DNA of 64,000 nucleotides from a bacterium (GTDB lineage: Bacteria; Patescibacteriota; Saccharimonadia; Saccharimonadales; SZUA-47), in NCBI GenBank assembly GCA_030428125.1, contig JAUIBF010000002.1, forward strand, positions 143,910 through 207,909. Reading direction: 5' to 3'. How positions within the stretch are numbered: position 1 is the first letter of the stretch; every line of letters begins with the position of its first letter. Under the pieces are notes generated by a model that was given only the letters and a program-made list of their open reading frames with translations, made no database searches and was not told the origin of the DNA. Of the stretch, positions 8,298-17,272 are shown one piece after another. The translations under genes were made by a program, and so were the position numbers.

Positions 8298-8864
8298 ATG
8301 GCATTAGGAGTAACAGATTTAAAAAAAGGCGCAGTGTTTTCGTTTGAAGGCACGCCTTATCGGGTGGTTGAGTATTCACAAAAAGTTGTTGGGCGTGGCG
8401 GAAGTATTGTTAACGTAACTATTAAAAGTTTGCTAGACGGCAAACAGCTACAGAAAACTTTTAAAGGGAACGAACAACTAGACAGTGTAGATTTAACTTA
8501 TTCAAACGTTCAATTTTTATACTCAGACAACTCCGGTTTTCATTTCATGGATAACGAAAACTACGAGCAGATTGATTTATCTGAAGAAGTTCTCGGAGAT
8601 CAAGCAGGTTATTTGAAAGAAGGTGACGTTGTAAAGGCCATGAAACTAGACGGCAATACCGTGAGCGTTGAATTGCCAAAAAACGTGTATCTAAAAGTTA
8701 CTTACGCAGAAAACGTAGTCAAGGGTGACACTACCAGTAACGTCCTAAAAGATGCCAAGGTTGAGACAGGGATTACAGTAAAAGTACCGGCGTTTATCAA
8801 AGTAGGTGACGAGATTTCTGTAGATACCGAAACCGGTGCTTACCGAGAGCGTAAGAAAGACTGA
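8298..8864 (+). CDS. efp: Elongation factor P (Arg at the modification-loop tip)
   Basis: 188 aa with three-domain EF-P layout (…FMDNENYEQI…, …VKVPAFIKVGD…). Loop is VVGRGGS. Confidence 0.9.
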   Translation: MALGVTDLKKGAVFSFEGTPYRVVEYSQKVVGRGGSIVNVTIKSLLDGKQLQKTFKGNEQLDSVDLTYSNVQFLYSDNSGFHFMDNENYEQIDLSEEVLGDQAGYLKEGDVVKAMKLDGNTVSVELPKNVYLKVTYAENVVKGDTTSNVLKDAKVETGITVKVPAFIKVGDEISVDTETGAYRERKKD

Positions 8865-8868
8865 TGTC

Positions 8869-9273
8869 ATGGAAGTGGCTGGAGTATTATTAATACAGGG
8901 TGACGAATATGTACTCCAACTGCGTGACAATATACCCACAATTTCAGAACCTGGACTAGTGGCTATTTGGGGTGGCAAAGTAGAAGAAAACGACAGTTCA
9001 CCACAAGAAGCCGCAGCTAGAGAATTGCTGGAGGAAACTGGTGTAGAAATCGATTCTAGTGAGCTAGTGCACCTAGAATCGTACGTTACTAGGGGTAAAA
9101 GTTCTAAAAACATCGGAAAGCCCGTTAAAGCACACATATATTACGTAGAGATTCCTGAGAATGTTACAGTTGAATGCCTAGAGGGCTTGGAATTAGTCAG
9201 GGTAAAAGACCTAAATGAAATACCCGAATCTTTGCGCTCTGAGTTCCTGCAAAAAAGCATAGAGATAGTATGA
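8869..9273 (+). CDS. NUDIX hydrolase
   Basis: Nudix box GGKVEENDSSPQEAAARELLEETG. ATG 8869 follows the efp stop, so it is preferred over 8836. Confidence 0.8.
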   Translation: MEVAGVLLIQGDEYVLQLRDNIPTISEPGLVAIWGGKVEENDSSPQEAAARELLEETGVEIDSSELVHLESYVTRGKSSKNIGKPVKAHIYYVEIPENVTVECLEGLELVRVKDLNEIPESLRSEFLQKSIEIV

Positions 9274-10025
9274 ATCGGCTAGACAAGGAGATATATAATC
9301 GTAAGCTTGTAACCAGTCGTTCACAAGCAGAGAATTATATTAAACTAGGCGTTGTTACGGTAAACGGAAAGACTGTAACTAAGCCCGGGTTTTTGGTTTC
9401 TGAAGATGACAACATCAAACTTGCTAGTGAACAGTACGTCTCGCGGGCGGCTCTAAAGCTAGCATCTATAGCAAAGCAGTTCAGATTAGATTTCAAAGAT
9501 AAAGTAGTTCTTGACGTTGGCAGTAGTACCGGTGGGTTCACCGATTATGCGCTACAGCACGGAGCAAAAAAAGTTATCGCTGTAGATGTCGGTAAAGATC
9601 AGCTACATCCAACTTTGCACGGTGATAAAAGGATAGAGTTGCACGAAAAAACTGATATTCGTGATTTCAAAACATCAGAGCAAATAGACATAATGGTAGC
9701 TGATGTTTCCTTCATATCACTTACAAACATCCTGCCAAGTCTTCAAGCACTTTCCAATAAAAATACAGAGCTAATAATGATGTGCAAGCCACAGTTCGAG
9801 GCTGGGAAAGACCAGGTTAACAAAGGCGTGATCAAGAATAGTGCTACCAGACGCAAAGTGCTTAAAGGTTTTGAAAACTGGCTTAATCAGAATGGTTTTG
9901 TTACCAAAGATAAAGCTGACTCGCAAGTTGCCGGGGCTAAAGGAAACGTCGAACGCTTCTACAAATTATCGACTTCGTCTCATGAGGGGAGAGTATCTCC
10001 CTTCATCGTGCGGCGCATAAAATAA
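9270..10025 (+). CDS. tlyA: TlyA-family rRNA 2'-O-methyltransferase
   Basis: N-terminal S4 domain (RLDKEIYNRKLVTSRSQAENYIKLG) and SAM motif VLDVGSSTGGFTD. Confidence 0.8.
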   Translation: MNRLDKEIYNRKLVTSRSQAENYIKLGVVTVNGKTVTKPGFLVSEDDNIKLASEQYVSRAALKLASIAKQFRLDFKDKVVLDVGSSTGGFTDYALQHGAKKVIAVDVGKDQLHPTLHGDKRIELHEKTDIRDFKTSEQIDIMVADVSFISLTNILPSLQALSNKNTELIMMCKPQFEAGKDQVNKGVIKNSATRRKVLKGFENWLNQNGFVTKDKADSQVAGAKGNVERFYKLSTSSHEGRVSPFIVRRIK

Positions 10026-10093
10026 ATTTGATGCTACGTCTACTCCCCTCAGATACAAAGGCAGATGTGAAATTTTGCAAACTGAGCGAAGCG

Positions 10094-10741
10094 TTAAAGA
10101 ATTGCTTCTAGAGCTGGGATATTACAAAGTGCTATTTTCCCATCCACGTTTTTAATAAGCCCTTTTTTGCGTAAAGTATTTAGCTCTCGAGAAGTAGTCT
10201 CTCTTGTAGCATTAACGGAGCTTGCAATATCAGTTTGTCTGAATGGAGCCATAATTATTTGATTACCGTCTCGCTCAGTTCCAAACCGGTTTGCAGTTAC
10301 TAGCAAGAAAGATACAATTCTTTCCCTGGCAGTTCGATAGCTTAGGGTGATTACTCGCTCTGAATGTAGCCGGTAGGCCTCAATAGCCATATCCAGAATT
10401 ATCGGGTTTACGTCAGGGTTTTTTTCCAAAAAGTCTAGATAATCACTCTTAGACACTCGCCACATTGAAGTTTCTTCCATTGCTTCATAGCTAGCTTGTC
10501 GATGCTCACCCGTGAACGCCCAAATGAGTGGAAACACGCTTCCTGACCCTCGGACTAACATTAGATTTTCTTCTCCATATTTAGTAATCGTATATGCTTT
10601 TACAAAACCCCATTCAATTAGAAAAACGCCACTAGGTTCGTCTTCGGATCTGATAATTACTTCGCCTTTTTTGTACTGCATTCTGGTGTGCGAGTAGAAA
10701 AACGCTCGGATTTTATCTCGTTGTTGGTTATGTGTTTTCAT
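10094..10741 (-). CDS. Crp/Fnr-family transcriptional regulator
   Basis: N-terminal cNMP-binding-like beta-roll and C-terminal HTH (RQTDIASSVNATRETTSRELNTLRKKGLI). Confidence 0.8.
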   Translation of the reverse strand: MKTHNQQRDKIRAFFYSHTRMQYKKGEVIIRSEDEPSGVFLIEWGFVKAYTITKYGEENLMLVRGSGSVFPLIWAFTGEHRQASYEAMEETSMWRVSKSDYLDFLEKNPDVNPIILDMAIEAYRLHSERVITLSYRTARERIVSFLLVTANRFGTERDGNQIIMAPFRQTDIASSVNATRETTSRELNTLRKKGLIKNVDGKIALCNIPALEAIL

Positions 10742-10824
10742 AATAACTATATTGTTTCAATATCACACAAAAAAAGCAACTATGTAATTAACATCACAGA
10801 GGCGAGGTGCGCTTATTTACAGTT

Positions 10825-10853
10825 TTGCATAGTGATTTGCTATTAAATATAGT
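10825..10853 (+). promoter_or_regulatory. Sigma70-like promoter for the 10884 gene
   Basis: TTGCAT (10825-10830), 17-nt spacer, TATAGT (10848-10853). Confidence 0.4.
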
Positions 10854-10883
10854 CGTAACGATGTCACGATAGGGAGGTGTATC

Positions 10884-11423
10884 ATGGTTGCTCAGAGGTC
10901 AATTAAAAGTCAGCTGTCTCGTCTAAAACTCCATTTTTGGTTTTTCGGAAGAGCAGAAATCAAGGAACTAAGGAAAATATTAGAACCCAGTGAAGTTATT
11001 CGTCATTGTGCACACGGATATTACCATGGGGGATCTGGACTTTTGGTCGCAACAAACAAACGCCTCATGCTAATCGATAAACGTCCCTTATACTTAAACT
11101 TTGAAGAGATGAAGTACGAATTAATTAGAAATGTTAGTTTTGATCAGAAATTCTTACAAGCTTCATTGATAATTCAGTCAGGGGCTAAGAAACTCCTCTT
11201 TAAAAGCGTAAGCGATGCGCACCTGAAGCAAATTCAACAGTATGTTAGTGATGAGATTAGCCTTGCCAAAAAGCACTTTGCCAAAGAATTAACCGAAAGC
11301 AAGCTAGCAAATCTTGGTAAAGCAAGTCTGCATCCAGCCTGGACGCCACATAATCCTATGCTAATGAAGCGGCGTAGACCTACTAAGTTTTATGCACCAT
11401 CACGGCTTGCACCACTCAGCTAA
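10884..11423 (+). CDS. Bacterial PH-domain (YokE-like) protein
   Basis: GLLVATNKRLMLIDKRP...SFDQKFLQASLIIQSG resembles bPH-type domains. Confidence 0.45.
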   Translation: MVAQRSIKSQLSRLKLHFWFFGRAEIKELRKILEPSEVIRHCAHGYYHGGSGLLVATNKRLMLIDKRPLYLNFEEMKYELIRNVSFDQKFLQASLIIQSGAKKLLFKSVSDAHLKQIQQYVSDEISLAKKHFAKELTESKLANLGKASLHPAWTPHNPMLMKRRRPTKFYAPSRLAPLS

Positions 11424-11456
11424 ATCATAGTCAACTATGCTACTCTTTAGTGGTAT

Positions 11457-12341
11457 ATGGCGTGGAAAAGACAAGATCCTACTAAATACAAAAAATCTCA
11501 GGTAGTCCTGACGGTCGTGTTGTTGATTCTGTTGATTGTGGCTTCTGTCGTTGCTTGGGTGCTGGTAAAAAACGACAAAACTGAAGTGGTAACAACTCCT
11601 ATAGAAGAACCGGTTGTCGAAGTAGAGGCACCAACTACAGAGCCGGAGCCCGATTTTGATGCAGTCGCACTTCAGTCGGCTGTGGATGAATGGGTTAACT
11701 CGACTTCGGGGACATCAAGTGTAGTAGTCGCCGATGAAAGTGGAGAGGTCTTGGCTGCTCACAATTCCGATCAGGTTTATTTTGCAGCTAGCTTGTATAA
11801 GCTTTTTGTTGCGTACGAAGGCTACCAGAGTTTGGATGAAATCGGTGAGGTGCCAGACACAAATTATTTGAACGGACAGACTAGGCAGGAATGTCTGGAT
11901 TTAATGATTCGTGATTCAGACAGCCCATGTGGCGAGAAGATGCTAGCAGAACTTGGAGGATTAGAGCTCACAAACAAATTACGTGAATACGGTATAACTA
12001 ACACTTCTATGACGAATATCTCTACCACTGCATACGACTCCATGAAAGTTCTATCACTGGTGTTGCTGGGAAGGGGATTGTCGGAAGATCATCAGGCCAA
12101 ATACTTGGAATCTATGCTGGTTCAAGATGATCTGTATCGTCGAGGTTTGCCAAGTGGCTTTTCTGACCAAGTATCGGTTTACAACAAAGTCGGTTGGAAT
12201 GAACAAAAAGAATGGCATGATGCTGCGATTGTCGAGAATCAAAATGGCGAAAGACTAATCGTAGTAGTCTTGACTGAAAATGTGGGCACCACAAAAATTA
12301 AAGAGTTAGCTGCTAGCGTAGAATCAGTGATTACTGAGTAG
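11457..12341 (+). CDS. Membrane-anchored serine hydrolase, class A beta-lactamase-like
   Basis: N-terminal TM, S-x-x-K (ASLYK), SDS (SDN-like) and KVG (KTG-like) motifs in the expected order. Confidence 0.6.
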   Translation: MAWKRQDPTKYKKSQVVLTVVLLILLIVASVVAWVLVKNDKTEVVTTPIEEPVVEVEAPTTEPEPDFDAVALQSAVDEWVNSTSGTSSVVVADESGEVLAAHNSDQVYFAASLYKLFVAYEGYQSLDEIGEVPDTNYLNGQTRQECLDLMIRDSDSPCGEKMLAELGGLELTNKLREYGITNTSMTNISTTAYDSMKVLSLVLLGRGLSEDHQAKYLESMLVQDDLYRRGLPSGFSDQVSVYNKVGWNEQKEWHDAAIVENQNGERLIVVVLTENVGTTKIKELAASVESVITE

Positions 12342-12345
12342 GGTG

Positions 12346-12720
12346 TTACTTTTTGCCAATCTTACCCATGTGAGTTTCATGGAATGAGTGTTTGTGCTTC
12401 AAACCAAATCCGAGAGCTCTATCTATGGAAATATGAAAGGTCCAGCAGTAGCCAATAAGGGCTGTCAAGTCATGACTGAAAACAATTCCGAACACGATTA
12501 ACAAAGTAGGCACAGTATAGTTGTGCATGAAATTGTAGGTGTAGGCGCCGATTTTAGTGTTATATAGATAGCCAATAGCCCCAACATCAAATGCCAAAAA
12601 GGTTATTAGTAGCCACCACAAACTGTATGGAGATTCGTACGTTAGAACTATCATCAGCGTTGCAAGTGCGATAGCTTCTAGCTTTAATTGGGCTATAAAA
12701 TTCCTAAAATCCTTAGACAT
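12346..12720 (-). CDS. Small integral membrane protein (DUF4260-like)
   Basis: 124 aa with 4 predicted TM segments. C-terminal HISIDRALGFGLK resembles DUF4260. Confidence 0.45.
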   Translation of the reverse strand: MSKDFRNFIAQLKLEAIALATLMIVLTYESPYSLWWLLITFLAFDVGAIGYLYNTKIGAYTYNFMHNYTVPTLLIVFGIVFSHDLTALIGYCWTFHISIDRALGFGLKHKHSFHETHMGKIGKK

Positions 12721-12753
12721 AAAATTATGTTATCAGATTTGGTTTGTAGCGAT

Positions 12754-12828
12754 AAGGAAAAAGAGTAGCCAGCAGAGACGATTTATTCGGCTCTCCTGCG
12801 CGTTGAGAAAAAACGTAGTTTTGTCTCA
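12754..12828 (+). other. Copy B (orphan) of the three-copy two-hairpin element
   Basis: GGAAAAAGAGTAGCC..P1..CGTTGAGAAAAAAC-GTA-GTTTTGTCTCA. Reads on the + strand between two minus-strand genes. Confidence 0.45.
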
Positions 12829-12840
12829 AAAGCGTCAGCG

Positions 12841-13926
12841 TCAAACATTAAACTTAAACTCCACCACATCACCTTCTTTCATGATGTAGGTTTTGCCCTC
12901 AGTTCGGACTTTGCCTGCAGCTTTTGCAGACGATTCAGATCCTGCTTCAACTAAGTCTTCATAGTTCACGATTTGCGCAGCGATGAACCCACGCTCGAAG
13001 TCGCCATGAATAACCCCTGCTGCTTGTGGTGCAGTTGAGCCTTGTTTGATAGTCCAGGCTCTTACCTCTTTCTCTCCAGCTGTTAGATAACTTTGCAAGC
13101 CAAGTAGGTCGTATGCAGAATGAATAACCTTGTGTAGTCCTGGCTCAGATTGTCCATAGCTTTCGAGCATTTCTAGTCGGTCACGTTCGTCTAATCCACG
13201 CAACTCGTCTTCTAGTTTTGCGCTTACAAACACTACTTTGGCAGGAGCCACAAGCTCGGTGAGTTCCTTTTGTTTTTCTGTATCGGAAAGTTGTTCATCA
13301 TCCAGATTAAACAGATATAAAACCGGCTTAGCGCTCATTAATTGGAGGTCTGATAAATGCTCTTTGTATTCATCCAGTAGTTCAGGATTCTTCCACAATG
13401 GCTTGCCGTTCTCTAGTTGAGATTTAATTTTGTTCAGCAAGTCCGCAACAACTTTAAGCTTTGGGTTCGCTCTAGATTCTTTTTCTAATTTTGGCAATCG
13501 CTTATCGACGGTCTGTATATCAGCTAAAACTAGCTCTGTCAGGATAATATCAATGTCGTGAGCAGGATCTTTAGAGCTATCACTGCGGAGAACATCCGGA
13601 TTATCGAATGCTCGCACTACCTGGCAGATCGCGTTACAACTTCGAATATGACTCAAGAACTGATTACCCAAACCTTCGCCTTGAGATGCGCCTTCAACTA
13701 GTCCTGCAATATCTACAAAAGTCACAGTAGCCGGGATTGCTTTTTGAGAGTTATACATCACGGAAAGTTTAGCTAGTCGTTCGTCAGGGACCGGAACAAT
13801 TCCGGTATTGGGTTCTATCGTGGCAAAAGGGTAATTAGCAGCTAAAATACTGCTGTCTGTTAAGGCGTTGAACAGAGTAGACTTACCAACATTAGGTAGT
13901 CCCACAATTCCTATAGATAAACTCAT
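12841..13926 (-). CDS. ychF: Ribosome-binding ATPase YchF
   Basis: GIVGLPNVGKSTLFNALT P-loop and TGS-like C-terminus (...KEGDVVEFKFNV). Confidence 0.9.
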   Translation of the reverse strand: MSLSIGIVGLPNVGKSTLFNALTDSSILAANYPFATIEPNTGIVPVPDERLAKLSVMYNSQKAIPATVTFVDIAGLVEGASQGEGLGNQFLSHIRSCNAICQVVRAFDNPDVLRSDSSKDPAHDIDIILTELVLADIQTVDKRLPKLEKESRANPKLKVVADLLNKIKSQLENGKPLWKNPELLDEYKEHLSDLQLMSAKPVLYLFNLDDEQLSDTEKQKELTELVAPAKVVFVSAKLEDELRGLDERDRLEMLESYGQSEPGLHKVIHSAYDLLGLQSYLTAGEKEVRAWTIKQGSTAPQAAGVIHGDFERGFIAAQIVNYEDLVEAGSESSAKAAGKVRTEGKTYIMKEGDVVEFKFNV

Positions 13927-13966
13927 ATGTGAATTTATTATAATTTACAGATACAGTTTCCTAAAA

Positions 13967-16018
13967 TTAGATTTTGAGCATTGCCCACATGGCTGAGCGC
14001 TGTGAGTACAATTCGTTGCTGCTCATTGTTGCGAGTTCAACCAGCAGAGTAGATATACCTTTTTTGTCTGCTAGCCAAGTTTCGAATTCGCCGGTGGTAG
14101 GATAGTCAAAAACACCATCTTCGTGTGCGTGGGTGTAGTGGTTAAAGCCACTATGACCAGAGTAAGTGGTTGCGAGATTATATGAATCACCGGCTCCGTT
14201 TGAAATTACTGTACGGGCTACTGCATGGTAGGTTAGTACTAACCGAGGCCCTAAGCTATCTATATAGCTAGCAAGGCTGGCTGATTCTGGCTGATCAAGT
14301 GGGGTTTTTCCACCCCCTTTTTCTAAGAAAATACCACCAGGCATATGCACACCAGTTACCCAGTCATTACTAGGAAAGTTACGATTTAAATCTATGTTGT
14401 TAGCATTTGTTCTAGACTGAACCTCATATCCATCCGGGTTTATATCAGGAATAATTACGACTGTCTTATCGCTAGGAATCTCATTAAATCTTCGTTCTAG
14501 TTCGTCAACGAATGCGATTAAAGTTCTGTATGAACTGCGTTCGTTGCCATGCATGCCACCAACGAACAAAATTTTTGTAGAACCAGAACCAAATCGGTAT
14601 GCAGTCAAGTCCCTGCCTTGAACACTTTTACCTACAGAAAAAACCTGTTTGCATGTAGTACGAGAGTTCATCTTCCATGCAGAACCACCCGTTATGCCAT
14701 ATTTATTCGCTAAGCCGTCCTTTAGGTTTACGGTAATAGGAGTGCAGGCCGGCAAGTTATTAGCTGGGTTAATCGAAACACTGCTTCCATGTGCAGATAT
14801 GCGCGCCTCAACCGGTCCATTTAAGCTTTGCAGAGTAATAAATTGTTGCAAGTCCTGCTTATCAGAAATCTCACTATCAAAACTGAGCACAATTGTGTGA
14901 CTAGGTGAGACGTTATATGAGCTAATACTAGCTTTGATAACTTGTGGACCCCCAGAAGTAGTGAATTCCAAAACGAAAGTTTCGGGCAGGTATGCTCCGT
15001 TTTCGGCGACTGACTCTGATACGGATACTTTAATTTCTCTCTGTCTAGGCAGCTCGTTAGAGAACTGAATGTTCAACCCTTGATCTGTGATAGTGGTTTC
15101 AGCTTCTAGTAACTCTTCACCGGCTCTAACTTCTACTTTTCCAGCCCGGGACAGTTTTTTATTTGCTATCAGATTTAATTGGGTTGGTTTGCTGTATATG
15201 ATCTGACCATTTTCTATACTGGAATCAGCGAACACCACGGGATCACGAAGAGTAATCGCTTCACTTAGTAAATCAGTAGAAGTACCCTTAAAGTTACGGG
15301 CTATAGTCATATGATACTTTTCACCCTGTTCAAGCTTAAATTCACTAAGTGGACAACTTACTTCCATGTCGTTAACGTTGCAGTCAACTACGGAGTCATT
15401 CACAGTAATCTTGTATAAAAAAGTTTTGTCTGGGGTATTAAGACGAAGAGTTATTCCGTCAACTGGAGATACAGGTTCTGATAAGTCCGAGGCTATTTCA
15501 AGTACCGGCAGTTCAGGGGTAGAAACCTCAATATTGCTCCCTAGTAATCCTGCAGCTTTCAGAGTAATATTCTGAGAATCATTACTCACAGGCATTTCGT
15601 TAATTGATATACAGCTGGTCGTTGAAAGCAGAGGATAGCCGTTAACTGTTAGTTTTGGATTTATATCAACCGAATAGCTGGTACTCGGTTGCTGGTTTAT
15701 TGCGTTAGGCAGCAGTACCGGGTTTATGAAACAGCTCTGTGATGCGTAGGAAATCATGGCTTGTTTTGGTAGTAGGAACAAGATTAAAAATGCAAGTAGT
15801 GGAAGGAGCACAACAGAGCAAGCAAAGGCCAGTTTTTTCCAGATGCTAATCGACTGCCAAGTGAGTCTAAGCCAAATCGCTTTAGAGTACCCACTTATCA
15901 GTAGTGTCCCCCCATGGTGTGCTCCTGCTAGGTGCAGATTACCGTCGGAATGAGACAACAGAACAGATAAACTATGAGGTAAGTGGAAAAGGGCAGTGTG
16001 CAGAATTGGTTTTGGCAT
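13967..16018 (-). CDS. Secreted/membrane-anchored M14 zinc carboxypeptidase with N-terminal Ig-like repeats
   Basis: GGMHGNERSS (HxxE zinc motif) and downstream NPDG/NRNF motifs in the C-terminal ~230 aa. TM segment near the N-terminus; start codon uncertain. Confidence 0.7.
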   Translation of the reverse strand: MPKPILHTALFHLPHSLSVLLSHSDGNLHLAGAHHGGTLLISGYSKAIWLRLTWQSISIWKKLAFACSVVLLPLLAFLILFLLPKQAMISYASQSCFINPVLLPNAINQQPSTSYSVDINPKLTVNGYPLLSTTSCISINEMPVSNDSQNITLKAAGLLGSNIEVSTPELPVLEIASDLSEPVSPVDGITLRLNTPDKTFLYKITVNDSVVDCNVNDMEVSCPLSEFKLEQGEKYHMTIARNFKGTSTDLLSEAITLRDPVVFADSSIENGQIIYSKPTQLNLIANKKLSRAGKVEVRAGEELLEAETTITDQGLNIQFSNELPRQREIKVSVSESVAENGAYLPETFVLEFTTSGGPQVIKASISSYNVSPSHTIVLSFDSEISDKQDLQQFITLQSLNGPVEARISAHGSSVSINPANNLPACTPITVNLKDGLANKYGITGGSAWKMNSRTTCKQVFSVGKSVQGRDLTAYRFGSGSTKILFVGGMHGNERSSYRTLIAFVDELERRFNEIPSDKTVVIIPDINPDGYEVQSRTNANNIDLNRNFPSNDWVTGVHMPGGIFLEKGGGKTPLDQPESASLASYIDSLGPRLVLTYHAVARTVISNGAGDSYNLATTYSGHSGFNHYTHAHEDGVFDYPTTGEFETWLADKKGISTLLVELATMSSNELYSQRSAMWAMLKI

Positions 16019-16193
16019 TTTTTATTTTTGATTATTTACACCTTAAAATATAGCATAAAAATGCAGAAAAGTCAATATTATCCCACAGTCTACGAAAACC
16101 CCACGTATTAATTAGTTGGTTAGTTAAGAACAACCAGATGCCAGAGGTTACGTAGTTGAATAATACAATAAAATATGGTATATTATATGTATT

Positions 16194-17156
16194 ATGGATT
16201 TGAGAGAAGTGGGACCACGCATAGCTCTTGTAGCTGGTTTAAGTGCTGCTACGGCTGGTTGTGCTGCACAACTTGAGTCAGAAGCACCTAAGCCCAACGA
16301 AGAAGCTACGCTTTTAGTGGAGCAGACGATAGCAGAAACTGCTGTACCGACAACTGTCGAGGTTACTGCCGTGCCAACCACAACCATTCCGGAAACTACA
16401 ACTAGCTTAGAATCTACAACAACCACCTCTACAACAACTAGCTCTACCACAAGTACTTCTACGACTACCTCCACCACAACCATTCCGGAAACTACAACTA
16501 CAACAGAGTACATTCCGACCTGGGAAGACGAACATTTGATATCTAAAGAAGCGTTAGTGCAGGGTAACAAAATTGCAGATCTTGTAGCTGTTAATCCTGA
16601 CGGTGAAGTTTTGGTAAACATACCAATGTTTGCGGTAATGGATTTGAACAACAGAGAGGTAACGATACCACAACTGGAAAGAGGCGCGATACTTGAAGTA
16701 GCGGACCCAGATATCAATCCAGATATGATAGGACTAGATAACGGTACTCCAGAAATGAGTTTGCCAGGTGATCCTGGTGTATCAATTAGTTTTGGGCATA
16801 GGATGACTAGGATTACTCCAGATTTCGACGGTGATCAATCCAACGGTAACGAAGGTGCTATACAAAGGGTCTATGAACGAATTGATGAGCTACTCCCTGG
16901 TGCTGTCTTGACTTTACATCTTACAGAAGAAGCTGGCGGCAAGACCTTGACATACGAACTGCACAGCCTTAGGGAGCTAAAAAATTTTGAACTGGATGGT
17001 GGTGGCACTCTTGCTCAAACTGCATATGATTTAAGAGCAGGGGTGGGTATAGAAAATATAGATGAGTCTAGCTCGGTTTTAAGCTTAGTTGCTTGTAGCC
17101 CAAAGCGAAGCACAAGAGATAGAATCGTCGCTGATTTCATTCTAGTACAAAATTAG
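16194..17156 (+). CDS. Sortase-family transpeptidase (class E/F-like) with lipoprotein-type signal and Thr/Ser-rich stalk
   Basis: The three sortase motifs occur in order: FGHR, ...ELLPGAVLTLHL...TYELHSL, and LSLVACSPKRSTRDRIVADF (TLxTC-like Cys, then Arg). N-terminus is LSAATAGC. Confidence 0.55.
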   Translation: MDLREVGPRIALVAGLSAATAGCAAQLESEAPKPNEEATLLVEQTIAETAVPTTVEVTAVPTTTIPETTTSLESTTTTSTTTSSTTSTSTTTSTTTIPETTTTTEYIPTWEDEHLISKEALVQGNKIADLVAVNPDGEVLVNIPMFAVMDLNNREVTIPQLERGAILEVADPDINPDMIGLDNGTPEMSLPGDPGVSISFGHRMTRITPDFDGDQSNGNEGAIQRVYERIDELLPGAVLTLHLTEEAGGKTLTYELHSLRELKNFELDGGGTLAQTAYDLRAGVGIENIDESSSVLSLVACSPKRSTRDRIVADFILVQN

Positions 17157-17272
17157 ATGAGATTTATCACATTCATCTAAGTATGCTTATGGTTGACACT
17201 TGATGTCTTAATAGTCACAATAGCCATCAAACGGTGGTTAAAAGTTTATCATTAAGAAGTTAGGAGAATATT

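Noticed and set aside
16148-16717. 189-aa minus-strand ORF rich in Val/Ser, antisense to the sortase-like gene.
   Set aside because: It is the mirror image of ACN/TCN-rich Thr/Ser codon tracts (Val-rich reverse frame). It has no SD and fully overlaps a better-supported gene.
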